Shown here piece after piece: positions 34,941-51,816 of a stretch of 64,000 bases of DNA. The position numbers and the translations under genes are program-made. The notes under the pieces are model-generated. The model had not been told where the DNA came from, did no database searches, and was given only the letters and a program-made list of their open reading frames with translations. How positions within the stretch are numbered: position 1 is the stretch's first letter; each line of letters opens with the position of its first letter. The DNA lies in the NCBI RefSeq assembly GCF_009914755.1, contig NC_060925.1; one strand, given 5' to 3'. This DNA is from the human T2T-CHM13v2.0 reference genome, Homo sapiens.

Positions 34941-35389
34941 ACTTGGATCCAAGTCAGTCTCCCAGAGCAGAAAGCAGAGTAAAGAAGACTAGACGAGTCA
35001 TCTAGAGGGGCAAATAGAAGATATTCAGCTCATGGTTCATTTTGTATTATTTAACATATTAAACTACTTCTACCCTTTTGAAGTAAGCAAGTCATAAATC
35101 CTAGATTCAAAATTGATGTATACTAAAATAGCAGCATGAATGCATTTGCTTATTTAACTTCATTTTTTTTTTCATCCAGCATTCAAATAGGCATTGAGGG
35201 AAAAACATTGAAAAGGAGAAAAAAAATCTTCTTGATGACATGCTTATTCAATTTGTTTCTTCTTTCTCTCAGACTGGTTAAAGGCCAAAACTTGCCCTTC
35301 CTATTTGTGTCCTCATGTTCTATGTATTTATTTGAATCATCCAAAGAATGTTAAGTATCATGCTCTCCTCCTATCCTGTACTTTCTTAC

Positions 35390-35518
35390 CTCTGGGCCTT
35401 CTTGGGTAACAATTAACTCATACTGAATTGTACTATATGACCAGGCTGTTCATGAAGTCTCAGTGACCATGTCTTTTAAATGAAAATGATACTCTTTATA
35501 ATGTCCTTGAGCATGAAG
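35390..35518 (-). other. Candidate exon, 129 nt
   Basis: acceptor 'tctcattcttttag|', donor 'GAG|gtaaga'; frame 0 has a single TGA. Confidence 0.35.
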
Positions 35519-36174
35519 CTAAAAGAATGAGACTCACATACTCGCCCTCAGACTGTCATTTAAAATGGAAAAAAAGGGAGACATAAGAGAGACTGTCATT
35601 TAAAGAACAAAAACATATTTCCACTCCCTCCTCAAACCCTGCTACAAGGATTGCAAAGAGGAAAAATGGCAAACATACACATAAACTAGAAAATATAATA
35701 TATGCCAGCATACAAAAGATAAAATCTTGAAACAGAAAAGGGAATTGACTTAGGAGTCCAAAAGAAAGCTGAAATGTAAGCATCTATGTCCAAAAGATGA
35801 AAACCAGTTCCCATTGCAGATTTGTGGAAAGACAAAGGAATTGGAGGCAATGGGTACTTCAGAAGACAGGGTTGTGGATGAGACTGAAAAGAAGAAGACT
35901 TGACAGTCTTTTAAAGTAAGTGGAATTTTAACCCTGATCTCTCCTACCTCATACAACAAGACAAATATGACTTCCTAACAGAAGATGCATTTACTCTCTA
36001 CAGCAGTCAAACCACAGGGGTTTAAGTACATCTGGCAGAGCTAATGTGGTTGGGGGGGTGGGGGGGAGGGTAAAGTAAAAGGGAGACACCCCAGACTTAA
36101 AATGAGAATTAGTAAAACTTAACATACTAAATGTTGCAATCTCTGGCTCCTTTTTCCCAAAACACTAGCAGCCA

Positions 36175-36305
36175 GGTCTGGACATGGTGGCTCACACCGG
36201 TAATCCCAGCACTTTGGGAGGCCAAGGTGGGAAGATTGCTTGAGCCCAGGAGTTCAAGACCAGCCTGGGTAACAAAGCAAGACCTCATCTCTATTAAAAA
36301 TAATA
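36175..36305 (+). mobile_element. FLAM/AluJ left monomer within decayed L1ME sequence
   Basis: 'gattgcttgagcccaggagttc' monomer plus A-rich tail. Confidence 0.85.
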
Positions 36306-37044
36306 ATATACATTGCTTCTACCAGCATCCCAGGAAGTTGGAAGATAATGGAAAAATGCCTTTAAAATTCTAAGGAATTTAAAATTCTATACCCAACCAA
36401 ACTATTAGTCAAGTATGAGAATAGAATAAAGACATTTTCAGAAATATAAGCTCTTAAAATTTACCTCCCATGATCTCTTTTCCAGAAAGCTATTAGAGAA
36501 TGTGCTCCGATAAAACCAAGAAAGACAAAGATATGGGATTCAGGAAACAAGGGATACAACTTAGGGAAAATGTAAAAGGAATTTGCAGAATGATGGAGAA
36601 CAGAAATACCAAGATAACAGCAGTCAGCAGACATAGAAAAAGACCAGAACAGAGCAGGACAGAGACCTCTAAGAGCAATGTCTCTAAGATGAATATAAAA
36701 CTGATTGAGTATAGCTAATATTTACGAACATGTTTAGAGGAGAATTAGTTCTAATATTGGAATGAGATAATTGCTACAAAAACTAAGGAAATAAAAATAT
36801 GAGGCAACTGTTTGCATCAAGCAAAAAAAAGTATATGAAATAAAATATAGAGTAAACTATAAGACTCAGCCATGAATATTATCCTGTGATTATATTGCAT
36901 GTTGATTTATCTAAAAATGTCACTATCACTACATAAAGAAGGTGAAATGAGGGGAAGCTGTGGTAGAGACAGAGGATAGAGAAGTGCTATGCAAAATAGA
37001 AAAATCCTCATCTACCATAGCAGAAAGTCAGTGGGTAATGCCCC

Positions 37045-37465
37045 ATATTGAATTTCCCAAAAGCAGACTCTGAGACGGAGATCGACATGCTAGAAGTTTA
37101 TTGGGGAATGTTCTTTGGAAGGAGAAAAAAAGCAGAATTGGGCAGAAGGAGCAGCTGGGCTGTAGTAGAGTCTCAAAGAAGGCCTCTGCTAATTCTACAG
37201 GGAACTGTGATGCTGGATAGTTCCACAAAGTTGTTTGGCCCACGTTGGGGCAAGGGGACTAGTCATTTATGCTCCTGTATATATAACTTCACTGAATGTA
37301 GGCCTCCCTGGTAAGAGGTTGTGGGGTGCGGGGGGCGGGGGCAAAGGCATTTCTCTTCAGATGCAGACGCCTGAAAACTTAGGGTTGTCTGACAGAAGCA
37401 CTCACAGCAGCTAGGAGGGTAAGTCTTTTTATTCCTAAAGGTGCAGCTCATCACAGCACCCTCAA
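37045..37465 (-). mobile_element. Ancient ERVL-type LTR (LTR33/LTR41-like, tentative)
   Basis: 'aagcagactctgagacggagat...aagtttattgggga' motif. Confidence 0.45.
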
Positions 37466-38198
37466 TCAGTATATCAAAAAAGCTAAAATCCGGAAGTTGC
37501 AGACTAGGCATACTTTTTAAAATTACAGAAATATATAAAATAAAAGAACTAAAAAAAAATGAAGGTACTAAATGGAATGGGAAGAGAGAGTGGGGAAGAA
37601 TGGGGCAGGTACTGACTGCTGTTTTTCATTGTAAGGCCAGTACCATAGGACTTTAAAAGCTTGAAGGTCAGAGCTTTGACCTTTTTTTTCTTTTTTTAAA
37701 AAAAATTTTAAGTGTAGCTAAGGCAGTAGCCATTGAGATGAATATCACTATAATGATCATGGTCCTTAATCCTATTAGGACTAGAGGTCACAATGTAGAA
37801 AGGGATAGTGGTAGAGTTTGGGAAAGGAGGAACATAAATAACTTAAAGCATTCTGCATAATAATGTGGAAGGTTAACTCCATTGAACATGAGCAATTTAA
37901 ACATTTTGCATAGTAATGCAAAAGCTAACTCTGTGGACGGCAGGGGTAGATAGCCTTGCAAAGGAAGAAGTTAGGAAAGTGATTATCTTTCTCCTTAAGG
38001 GTCTAAAAAGTCTGTACTCTTAGAACTAACATCTGTCTTGATTCAGAGATTACTATTTGGTGGGCGCTGCACTCAGCCTCATGAGATAAAGGCAAAAGGT
38101 TATTTCAAATGCACTTCTCCACTTTGGCTTTTTGATGAGATTTGGAGGGCCAAAGCCTGTCCCGGACTGGTCTGCTGAAGTTATTAAAACTGAATACC

Positions 38199-38495
38199 AG
38201 CTGGGCGCGGTGGCTCACGCCTGTAATCCCAGCACTTTGGGAGGCTGAGGCGGGTGGATCACTTGAGGTCAGGAGTTCAAGACCAGCCTGGCCAACATGA
38301 TGAAACCCCGTCTCTACTAAAAATACAAAAATTAGTCGGGCATGGTAGCGCACGCTTGTAATCCCAGCTACTCAGGAAGCTGAGGCAGGAGAATCGCTTG
38401 AACCCGGGAGGCAGAGGTTGCAGTGAGCCGAGATCGCGCTGCTGCACTCCAGCCTGGGCTATAAAGCAAAACTCCATCTCAAACAACAACAAAAA
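38199..38495 (+). mobile_element. Alu (S-type, CpG-rich)
   Basis: dimer; 'ctgaatacc' on both flanks. Confidence 0.95.
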
Positions 38496-40599
38496 CCCCT
38501 GAATACCCAAGTTTAGGGATATTAACTATAAGACAAAAGAGGCTGGATCCTGGGATAATAACAAACTCTGATAAGTATGCAATTATGAATTCTCCAGAGA
38601 CAAGTAAAAATTTTGCACAGAATTTAAAGGAAACAAACCCCCTGGAGGGGGACAAGGACATAAAACACAAGTTAGAAACTGAGACCATTTTCAGGATAAT
38701 TCTAGGTAAACCGATCAACTTCTTTGGTGTTAGAACATGAGAAATGGTGTTTGAACCTTTGTGTCCCTTAAGCACGGGAAAGTTATAGCTGAGGAATCTT
38801 TTGCCTATTTATTTTATTTGTTTATTTTTTCCTTCAAACATTTATGTCCCAGTACCATAAGGAATCGTTTTACATTGTTTTCTTCCTCTGCTGTTATTCC
38901 TTTTATTTTCCCTAATCTTCAGTAAAATTAAACATGTCTACCCTATTGTCAGGAATCTCCTTCTGGACTGTATGGCCCTTCTGTGGTCTTTGCCATCACT
39001 TCAGAGTTTGCCATGACCCTGAGGGATACTGTGTAGTCCGCCCATCCAGCAAGACCTCCACAATAGCCAGTGGTCCTCCAGATTTAGACAATTCTTATGC
39101 TTGTTCATTCTGGTGTAGCAGCGGATGATGGGATAGGAAACCAACAGAATGGCCCTGTGCCTCTGTATCTCTCATCCATACCCAATTGAGCTCCTTGGCT
39201 CCAAAACATGTTTAGAGTTACTCTCCTGAGGGAATTTGGGCATAGCCAGTAATCTCTAAATTGAGTTATCAGTTGGGGGTCTCAAACAGGAAGCAGATGG
39301 CACTCTCAAATTGGGATCAAATTCAAGGAGGGTTGATTTGCAGAGGGACTAATTGAGAAGGTGTGGCAGTATTGGAAAGCCACAAAAGAACTTGGGCTAA
39401 CAGCAGCAGAACTATCCCACCTCTAGGGCCAAAAGGCTGAAGGCAGAGATTATCAAAACCCAGGAGAGAAAATTAGATTGAGCAGAGCAGTGACCTGTAG
39501 AAGAGGGACATGGCCAGCTCGAGGGAGCTCCTCAGGAGAAAAGGCAGGGTTATTGATAACCTGTCCTCATTCTCTTGCTTCCTGCCAGGGATTCCCAGTG
39601 ACTAAACCCTATTGCTAGTCAGAGGGCAGAGGCCCCTATTGATTTAATCCATTAAAGTTTAGCCTCATAGAGTAAGAAGCAAGGTGAAGGGTGATGAGTG
39701 GTAACAAGGGACAAATGGAAGATACCCAGCACACCATAAAACCATTCAGATTCTGATAATTGACCGAAGTTACTAAGTAGCTCAAATTATGAATGATTAA
39801 CATGTTTTAATACAGAATTTCTCAAATGAAGGTTAAAGAACTTACATGTGTTCCCACATGTAAATGCTTTCCAAGAGGTATACAGGCAGGGATAATTGTA
39901 AAAGAATCAATTTCCAGATGTTCAACTTTCATATGTGTACATTTTTAAAATGTTCAGCTTGAAAATGAACCTTTCATTTTGCAAAGGCAAGTACTATATT
40001 TCATTTATCCAAAATCTTAAAAAAAAAGATATTTTACAAGGATATATAAAACTCCTTGGGCTCCAAATAAAGGGAGAGCATTTCTTAATGAGAAAGCCCC
40101 ATAAATCTCTGGAGCTTCCTGCCTCTTCCATTCTTACATTTATTTCTGTAAATGTGAAGCCTGTTAGAAACAGGGTATTTTGGACCATATTGGGATATTA
40201 TTAATTTAAATATATGAAAGAATGGATTGTTAAAGTGGTAACAAGTTTTGTTATATGATTTTGCCTCTTCCTGTGTTTAAAATGAAAAATAATTCTTTTT
40301 GGCCATTATCAACATTCATCCATATAACATAGTTACTTGAAAACTACAGTTAGAATGTCATTAGTCAAAAAGTCAGGTACTTTTGAACTGTTGAAGAACT
40401 GTATGTTCGTGATAACTCTTAAATATAACAGAAATACTTCTTGTGTTAAGAAAACTTATCCACATTATGAAAATAAGGCAAAATGATAATTATGTGCCTT
40501 TTAAAGTCATTCTGAAACATTGTCTTGTCTTATAGACCAACCTAAAGAATGTCTAATTCTCTCAGGGAATGTACCTTCATAATTTTTTTTAATGTTTAT

Positions 40600-40880
40600 C
40601 TTTTTATAAAAGAGACAGTAGTCTCGCTATGTTGCCCAACCTGGTCTTGAACTCCTGGCCTTGAGTGATCCTCTGGCCTTGACCTCCAAAAATGTTGGAA
40701 TTACAGGCATGAGCCACCATACCCAGCCATAAATGCACATTTGACTTGCAACTTACTGGTTTTTGAAGAGACAGGGTCTTTCTATGTTGTCTAGTTCCAA
40801 ACTCCTGGCCTCAAGCAATCCTTCTGCCTTGGCCTCCCAAAGTACTGGAATTATAAGCATGAGCCACCATACCCAGCCAA
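40600..40880 (-). mobile_element. Two tandem FLAM/AluJ monomers
   Basis: two antisense left-arm copies, each ending 'gagccaccatacccagcc'. Confidence 0.85.
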
Positions 40881-40893
40881 TAAATTATGTTAA

Positions 40894-41236
<343 letters not shown>

Positions 41237-41374
41237 ATAACATATTTTTAAAGCATATCTGGCAATATATTCCTGAGAGTTTTTTTTGAAGTGCATTGAA
41301 ATTCATATTACACATTTACTTGAAGAATATAAGTAGACACTTTACAACATATTTGGCTATAAGATCTGGCTTTG

Positions 41375-44300
41375 GGAGGCAAAGCTTCAGAAATGGGGGT
41401 AAAGGAAGATGACCCAATAGAAGCCTCCAGCGATCATTCCCTGCTGCAGGAACACCAAATTGAATGACTATCCACACAAAAAAGCACCTTCATAAGAATC
41501 AAAAATCATGTGAGCAATCACAGTACCTGGTTTTAACATCAATATTAAGGAAAGTGGCACTGAAGAGGGTAGAAAAGACAGTCTTGAATTGTCTACACCA
41601 CCTCTCCCCCATCCTCCAGCAGTGGCTGCATGGCACAAAGAGAGAATCTGTGCTTTGGGGGGATGGAGAGCATAGTGATTGTGGGACTTTACATTGAAAC
41701 TCAGTGCTACCCTGTCACAGCAGAAAGCATCATAGGGCAGAATTTAGCTAGAGCCTGTGGAGGGGGCATTTAGACCAGCCCTAGCTAGAGGTGATTCGAC
41801 AATCCCAGCTATCAAAACCTAAGATCCAGCAAGTCCTGCCACCATGAAGGAAAATACTCTGGGATCCTAAATAAACTTGAAAGTCAGTCTAGGCCTCAAA
41901 GTACAATTCTTGGGCAAGTCCCGGTGCTGTCTGCTGGGCCCACAGCCAGTGGACCTGGGGGACACATGACCTAGCCTGGGTGGCTAAAGGAGTACTTGCA
42001 TGGCCCCTCTTCCAAGTCCAGGCAATACAGGTCACAGCTCCAGGGGAGAGTCCTTCCTTTTGTTGAGGAGAGGAAAGGGGAGAGGAAAGAGAACTTTCTC
42101 TTGCAACTTGGAAACCAGCTCAGCCATAGTGGAATAGGGCACCAGGCAGAGTCCTGAGGCCCCCATTCCAGGACTTAGCTCCTGGTGACATTTCTAGACA
42201 CACCCACAGCCAGTAGGGAAACCTCTGCCTTGAAGGGAAGGACTCAGTCCTAGCAGGATTCATCACCTGCTGAATAAAGAGCCCCAGGGCCCTGAATAAT
42301 TGTGAGTGGTGGCCAGGCAGTACTCACCGTGGGCCTTGAGTGAAACTCAGAGCAGTGCTTGCTTTAGGTGTGACCCATGATGTTTCCACTTATTGCGGCT
42401 ACAGGAGAGCCTCCTTTTGCTTGAGGAAAGGAGAGGGAAGAATAAAGGAGACTTTGTCTTTCAGCTTGGCCACAGTGAAGTAGAGCACCAAGCTATCTCC
42501 TGGGGTTGCCAGTTCCAGGCCTTGGCTCCTGGATGGCATTTCTGAACCTGCCCTGCGCCAGAGGGGCACTCACTGCCCTGAAGGGAGAGACCCAGGCCTG
42601 ACAGCATGCACCGCAGCTGACTGAAGAGCCCTTGGGCCTTGAGTGAACATCAGTGGTAGCCAGACAGTACTTGCTGTGGGCCTAGGGCGGTGGTGCCCAT
42701 GGGGAGAGACTCCTCTGCTTGAGGAAAGGGAAGAGAAGAGTAGAAAGGACTGTGCCTTGAGGCTTGGGTGCCAGCTCGGCTGTACTAGAATAGAGCACCA
42801 GGTAGGTTCCTATGGTTCTGAACTGCAAGCCCTGACTCCCAGATAGCATCTCTGGATCTGTCTAGGGCCAGGGGAATCTCACCACCCTTAAGGGAAGAAC
42901 AGAAGCCTGGCTGGATTCACTCCCTGCTGATAGTATAGCTCTTGGGCCTTGAGTGAACATTAGTGGTAGCCAGGCAGTGGTCACTGTGTGCCTTGGGCAA
43001 AACCCAGTGCTTGGCTTGCTTTGAGTCTAACCTAGCACAGTCCCAGTGGTGGTAGCCACAGAGGGGCTTGTATCACCTCTCCCTCAGCTCCAGGAAGCTC
43101 AGCCCAGAGAGAGACTCCATTTGTTTGGGGGAAAGTAAGGGAAGAGAACAAGAGTCTCTGCTTGGTAATCAAGGAAATTCTCCCGGATCTTACCCAAGAC
43201 TACCAAGGTGGTACCTCTGTAAGTCTGTAAGAGCCACAGCATGACTCAGCTTTGGGTGCCCCCTAATGCAGATATGGATGCAATGATTAAAGACTTAGAT
43301 CACAACACCTAAGTCCCTTGGGATATTTGGAAAGCCTCTTCAAGAAGGACAAACAAGCCCAGACTGTGAGGACTACAATAAATACCTAACTCTTTAATAC
43401 CCAGACACCAACAAACAAGCATCAGGACCATCAGGAAAACATGACCTCACCACACAAACTAAGTAAAGGACAGTGGCCAATCCCAGAGAGACAGAGATAT
43501 GTGACCTTTCAGACAGAGAATTCAAAATAGCTGTTTTGAGGAAGCCCAGTGAAATTAAAGATAAGAGAAGAAATTCAGAATTCTATCAGATAAATTTAAC
43601 AAAGACATTAAAATAATTACAAAGAATCAAGCAGAAATTATGGAGCTGAAAAATACAATTGACATACTGAAGAAGTATGAAGAGTCTCTTAGCAGAATTG
43701 ATCAAGCAGAAGAAAGAATTAGTGAGTTTGAATACAGGCTATTTGAAAATACAGACAGAGGAAACAAAAGAAAAAAAATAACAAAGAATGAAGCACACCT
43801 ACAATATCCCGAAAATAGTCTCAAAAGGGCAGATCTATGAGTTCTTGTCCTTAAAGATGAGGTAGAAAGAGAGATCAGGGTAGAAAGTTTATTCATAGGG
43901 ATAATAGAGAACTTCATAAACCTAGAGAAAGATATCAATATTCAAGTACAAGAAGCCTATGGAAAACCAAATTTAATAAAGAAAATGTGGTACATATAAA
44001 CAATGGAACACTATTCAGCCACAAAGAAGAATGAGATCCTGTCATTTGCAACAACATGGATGGAACTGGAGGACATTATGTTAAGTGAAGTAAGCCAGGC
44101 ACAGAAAGACAAACTTCATATGTTCTCATTTATTTGTGGTAGCTAAAAATTAAAACAATTGAACTCATGACATAGAGAGTAGAATGATAGTTACCAGAGG
44201 CTGAGAAGGGTAGTAGGGGGTAGGGTGAGTGAGGATGGTTAATGGGTACAAAAATATAGTTAGATAGAATGAATAAGATCTAGCACGTGATAGCACAACA

Positions 44301-44503
44301 GGGTGACTGCAGTCAACAATAATGTATTGTACATTTAAAAATAACTGAAAGAATATCACTGGATTGTTTGTAACACAAAGAAAGATAAATCTTGAGGTGA
44401 TAGATACCCATTTACCCTGATTTGATTATTATGAATTGCATGTGTGTATCAAAATATCTCATGTACCCCATAAATATATACACCTAGTATATACCCACAA
44501 AAA
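41375..44503 (+). mobile_element. L1MA-type element, internally deleted (5'UTR plus partial ORF1 joined to 3' end)
   Basis: perfect 14-bp TSD 'aagatctggctttg' at 41361-41374 and 44504-44517; ORF1 coiled-coil MELKNTIDIL; jump near 43975 to 'aaagaaaatgtggtacat'. Confidence 0.88.
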
Positions 44504-45959
44504 AAGATCTGGCTTTGCCAGTTAGGTTACATAAAAGCGCTTTTTGTAAACTGAATAATAATGTAATGTTTTTTAATAAGATACATTTTATTATACTAAA
44601 GAAAACAAAAAACCCAAAAGTTTCATGAGATTAAACATTTCTATTTTCCGAAACTTTTCTTAATATATAAAAATAAACAATATGTCCCTAAGTGAAAGAG
44701 TAACTAGTACAATTAACAGGTATCTACTTCTTGGTAACAACTATTTGGTGTATATTCCAAAAATAGAAAAATGACTCTAAAAACTAGTAATAAATCACCT
44801 TATACATAAGATGTTTTCCAGTTGATTGCTCTTAAAAAGGCAAAATTGAAAAAATAAGATCCAGTACAATTGTTAGCTGACATATTACTAAAATAATTTT
44901 ATTTTTAAATTGACAAATAAAAATTGTATATATTTATGGTATACAACATGATGTTTGAAATATGAACACATTGTAGAATGGCCTAATGAAGCTATTATAA
45001 TTCACATATGCATTGCCTCATGTACTTTCTTTTGTGGTAAGAACACTTGAAATCTCTTAGCAACTTTCAAATATACAATATATTTATAAAATAATTTTAA
45101 ATGATAGATCAGTTTTTGATTTTTGATGTATAACTTGAAAGACAGTCAAATAATTGAGTGACACTGCTACAACAAAACTTCCTTTCCCACCTATGTATTT
45201 GCACGGGCAATTAATATTCCCGCACTTCCATCTATAAAAACTGTTCAGGCTGAAACTATGACAAATTCAGGTTTAATTTTGTTTCATATTAGCAAAAAGT
45301 CATATTTATCCACAGAGACATACACTATCCTTAAAGCCTATTAATTTTGTTAAAAGTTGCATTTCCATTAAAAATTTACTCATTTAACAGCATATTTATT
45401 TTTAAACTTAAAGAATTAAAACATTCACATTTAAATATTAATATTACCATTCATAGCAAGTATTTATATTACATTTTAATCCTCTTGTACTAATCAAAAT
45501 TCAGTCCAGAAAAAAAGTTTAACACTATGTCTAATACATGCAGCAGTTAAAATAAAATTTTAATATCAAATAAATATTTGAAAATATTCATATTTCATGT
45601 TGAAAATATGAATTTATACACATTTTTGTGAATAGAAGTATAATAGAGTGTTCAATAAAGACTATAAAGCATAAAAATATTACATTGTGATAAAATGTAA
45701 ATATGAATTTAAGGCAAAAAAGGGAAGAAATTAAATTTCCATATGTGGAAGCAAAGCTTGTTCATATATTTGTTAATTAGATGAAAGTAGGGATCAAATT
45801 GTCAAATATTTGTATTCCAATTAATACATTTATGAAAGTAAAGTAAACAGGTTTTTCTGGTGGTTGTTGTTGGTCTTGCTATGTTGACCAGGCTGGTCTC
45901 AAACTCTTGGGCTCAAGATATTTTATTAAAATTAAGAAACATTTTTATTAAAAGAGATT

Positions 45960-47375
<1,416 letters not shown>

Positions 47376-48779
47376 AAGGTTAAAAGAAGATTATCAAGTA
47401 TAAATTCTTGTTTTCCTCTTTTCTGTCACAAAGTTAACATTTTCCACATTCCCAAATTACCATACAGAGGTACACTATTTAAGATGACAGAAGATCTCAG
47501 TTTATAATGGCAGATGTATTCTAAAATTTGTAGCCTCTTAAAGATAGAAAAGGCCTAATATAAAAGGACGATATCATAAAAGTACAATGGTATATAAATC
47601 AGTGAAGAAGAAATCTTGGCCCATCATACATACACAGTGGTACATAACAATTGTACATTCACAGGTTTAGCAATAAGTCATTCAAAATGAAAGGATGAGG
47701 TACACTGTGGAGGAAAGATGATGGAGAACTCCAGAGCAGCCAATTAGGGTTCAAAGAGGAGTCTATTTTTGGAACTGTTCCTTAATGATTAGGCTCACCC
47801 TAGTCTGTGGGGAGAGGCCAGTGAATTGCAGAGTATTAACATCCTTTCTATTCTCATTCTGGATTGGAATTCTTAGAATGATCATATGGGACAGATGAAC
47901 AATTGCAGCTATAGGCTGAGGCCATTTCTGTAATCCTCAGCCGAATTGTCCAGACTTTGAAGAGAATGAGGATCTACGACTTCCTAGACCAACGTTACTT
48001 CTAAGCAACAATAAAGATGACTGGACCAGGCAAAATATATTCATATTTAATCACAGGATTTATTATCTACACTTAGCCAAAGTCTCCAACATCCCACAGG
48101 CACTTGAGCATGCAGGCTTTATTTTACCTTTATAACCTATAACTTCACTTCTTTTCTTCATGATTTAATCTTTTTTTCTGTAGCACCACCACCTCCCAGA
48201 CTAACCCCCCTTAACTAGACATATGTTACTCAGTTATAATTACTATTTGCTTAATTTGCGTGCATCTACTTTCATTTTAATGTCATTATCATGGGGAAGA
48301 GCCTTCTGCAAAGGCAACTAGGAATGCAGTATTTTTAATTCAACCTTTACTAAAACCCTGAATCTACTTGGGTACTTGGCTCATCTTATCTCTGTGGTTC
48401 AAAGAAAGTAAATACTCTAGAGTTTCTTTTCCTGGTGTTGTCTGTTTCTCTTCCAGCCTTGGTAACCTACTTATACTTCCCTGAATTCATACATTTTCTT
48501 TCTAGTCACTAACCCTGATAAAATATCCTCTCCTTCCGACCAAGACTACCAGTTCAACAAAGGGCATCTGCAGCAGGTTATCTCAGGGCTAAGAACTCTA
48601 ACTAGTGCACAGCAATGAACTGCACAGTTCACTTCTGACCAGCCCTTAATGAGACAAGACTGCAAATCCAGGATGGGGAGAAACAGGAAGAGATTAAAAA
48701 TATTATTCACCAATTATGTAAGAATCATATGTTAAATGTATGAGTTGCTTTCTATGAATCCTTTTACAAAACAAAATTT

Positions 48780-48856
48780 TATACACACACACATACATAT
48801 ACACACATACATATGTATATACTTATATACACACATATATACACACATACATACAT
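48780..48856. repeat. (CA/TA)n microsatellite
   Basis: direct inspection. Confidence 0.85.
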
Positions 48857-49769
48857 CGGTATAATCACTCTCTAATTCGTCTCTTTTATATGATGTTTTC
48901 CAATTTTATGACTCATCTGTACAGCTGATACATTATGCCTAGAACTGACAATACTGTAGTAGCCAGCTTTCTACTTTAAGACAGGGTTAAAGTATTTCCC
49001 CTCTAATCTGTACCAAGAAAACCTCACAATATCTACAATTTTAAGAAATCTTGCCATTTGAGTCTTTGTTGCAACTTAGACATTGCCTCAGAGTCCCTAA
49101 AGAGGATCTGATTTCCCTGAGATTTATTTCAACACAAAACCGTAGAATCAGATAATCCCCACCCAGATGCTACCATGCTGCTGCCTTGGGGTTTGGGATT
49201 TAGCCTTGGGGGCTGTAGCAATATTCTAATTTCCAGAAATACATGTTGACAACCAAAAATTTCCTGGACTTACCATTAATTATCATGCTTTTCTTTATAT
49301 CAAGTCCTTATCCATGTGTTAATTATTTCTTTGCTGGGTTAAAGAGGGGCTATGTTGTAGTGAAAAAGAAAAGGTGCGAGAACATAGATGAAAACATTTA
49401 GGGAGATCAGGTGAAGATAGAGTTTAAAGAATATTAATAGGTTCTGTGTTTATTTTTCTTGTCTTTTCCAGCTGATCGAATTAATCTTGTCCAAACTTAG
49501 ATCAAAAACAAGTTTAATTAAGATAGAGTTCAGAGAAGTTAATAATACAGTGATTTTTTCCAATCTAAAATTCTCTGTGTTCTGTGCCCACCAATTCATT
49601 TACTGAACCATATTTTAGAAATATAACTAAATGAGGCCCAAGAATTATTGTTTACCTAAATTTCAGCACAAAAAGTTGCTCTTCTGTATCTGATGTTGAG
49701 AGTGGCAAACTTTTGCCACTTCCAAGAAAGTGTGGTCTTGGAATATAAACTGAACTATAGAGAGCTTTA

Positions 49770-50204
<435 letters not shown>

Positions 50205-50267
50205 TCATTAAGAAACATTTAAGTAGAGCTTAGAATAGCTGATTATTAAAGGATCACATTTGATATT

Positions 50268-50835
50268 GCCTTATTTCCTATGGCTGCTGTAACAAATTAC
50301 CACAAACTCAGTGGCTTAAAACAATGCAAATGTATTCTCTCATAGTTCTGGAGGTTAGAAATCTGAAATGGTTTATGGGGCCAAAATCAAGATTGGCAAG
50401 GCTGTGTGTCTTCTGGAGGCTCTTGGGGGAGATTAGGTTCCCTTGCTGATGACCCTTATAGAAAGAATCTGTTCCCTTTCTTGTCCAGCTTCTAGAGATC
50501 ACCTGTGTTCTTTGGCTCATGGCCCCTTTCTCTGCCTTCAAAGCCAGTGGTGTAGAATCTTCAAATCTCTTTCTCGCTCTCTCTCTCTCTCTCTCTCTGA
50601 CCTCTGCTTTTTTGTCATTGTATCTCCTTCTCCATCCCTGATCTTCCTGCTGCCTATTATAAGGACTCTTTAAATTATATTGTCCCCACCTGGCTAATCC
50701 AGGATACTCTCCCCTTTTCAAGACAATTTAATCACATCTTCAAAGTCTCTTTTGCCATGCAAGGTAACATTTTCACAAATTCCAAGGGTTAGGACCTATG
50801 AGAAGATGGGAGAGACATTATTCTGCCCACTACAG
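50268..50835 (-). mobile_element. MaLR LTR (MLT1C/D-like)
   Basis: 'ggctgctgtaacaaattaccacaaactcagtggcttaaaaca' hallmark; internal (TC)n. Confidence 0.85.
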
Positions 50836-50959
50836 GTATATTCATATTCTTAAATGAAATACAGTATACTATGTTTCTATTAAACACTGCACATTTGAAA
50901 AACATTTAATTTTAGCTTTGTTGGACAATCAATAGAATTCCAACATAGTTTAAAAACAG

Positions 50960-51490
50960 ATTATACCATAAAATTACACATGCTCTATGACAAAACCATT
51001 CTACTCCTAGATATACAGCCAACACATCATGTATGTTATGTTCATCAAAATCATGTACTCCAATCTTTAGAGCAGCATTGTCCAAATATCTGCAAACTAG
51101 AAACTATCTGAATTCCCACCAACAATTGAACAAATAAATAAGTTGTGGTGTATTCATGTATGGAAATATTATGTAGCAATGAAAAAAATACCTAAATCTA
51201 CACAAAATTATGAATGAATCTCAGAAACATAAGGTTGAGTAAAATAATCCAAACAAGAAATTAAATAGTTCAAAAACAGGCAAATTAGTCAGAAGGGTGA
51301 TTACCCTTGGTAGGAGGTAGTGACTAAAAGAAGGCATGGCAGGAACTGCTGAAGTTCTGATAACATCCTATTTCTTAATCTGGATGAAGGTAAACTGAAT
51401 GTGTTCATTTTGGAAAAGTCATAGAGATGCACACCTATGATTGATGCATTGTTCCGTAGCTGCATTTTATTTCAATAAAGAGTTTAATAA
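50960..51490 (+). mobile_element. L1ME 3' fragment
   Basis: decayed L1M 3'UTR motifs ending 'ttcaataaag'. Confidence 0.6.
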
Positions 51491-51495
51491 TATAA

Positions 51496-51816
<321 letters not shown>

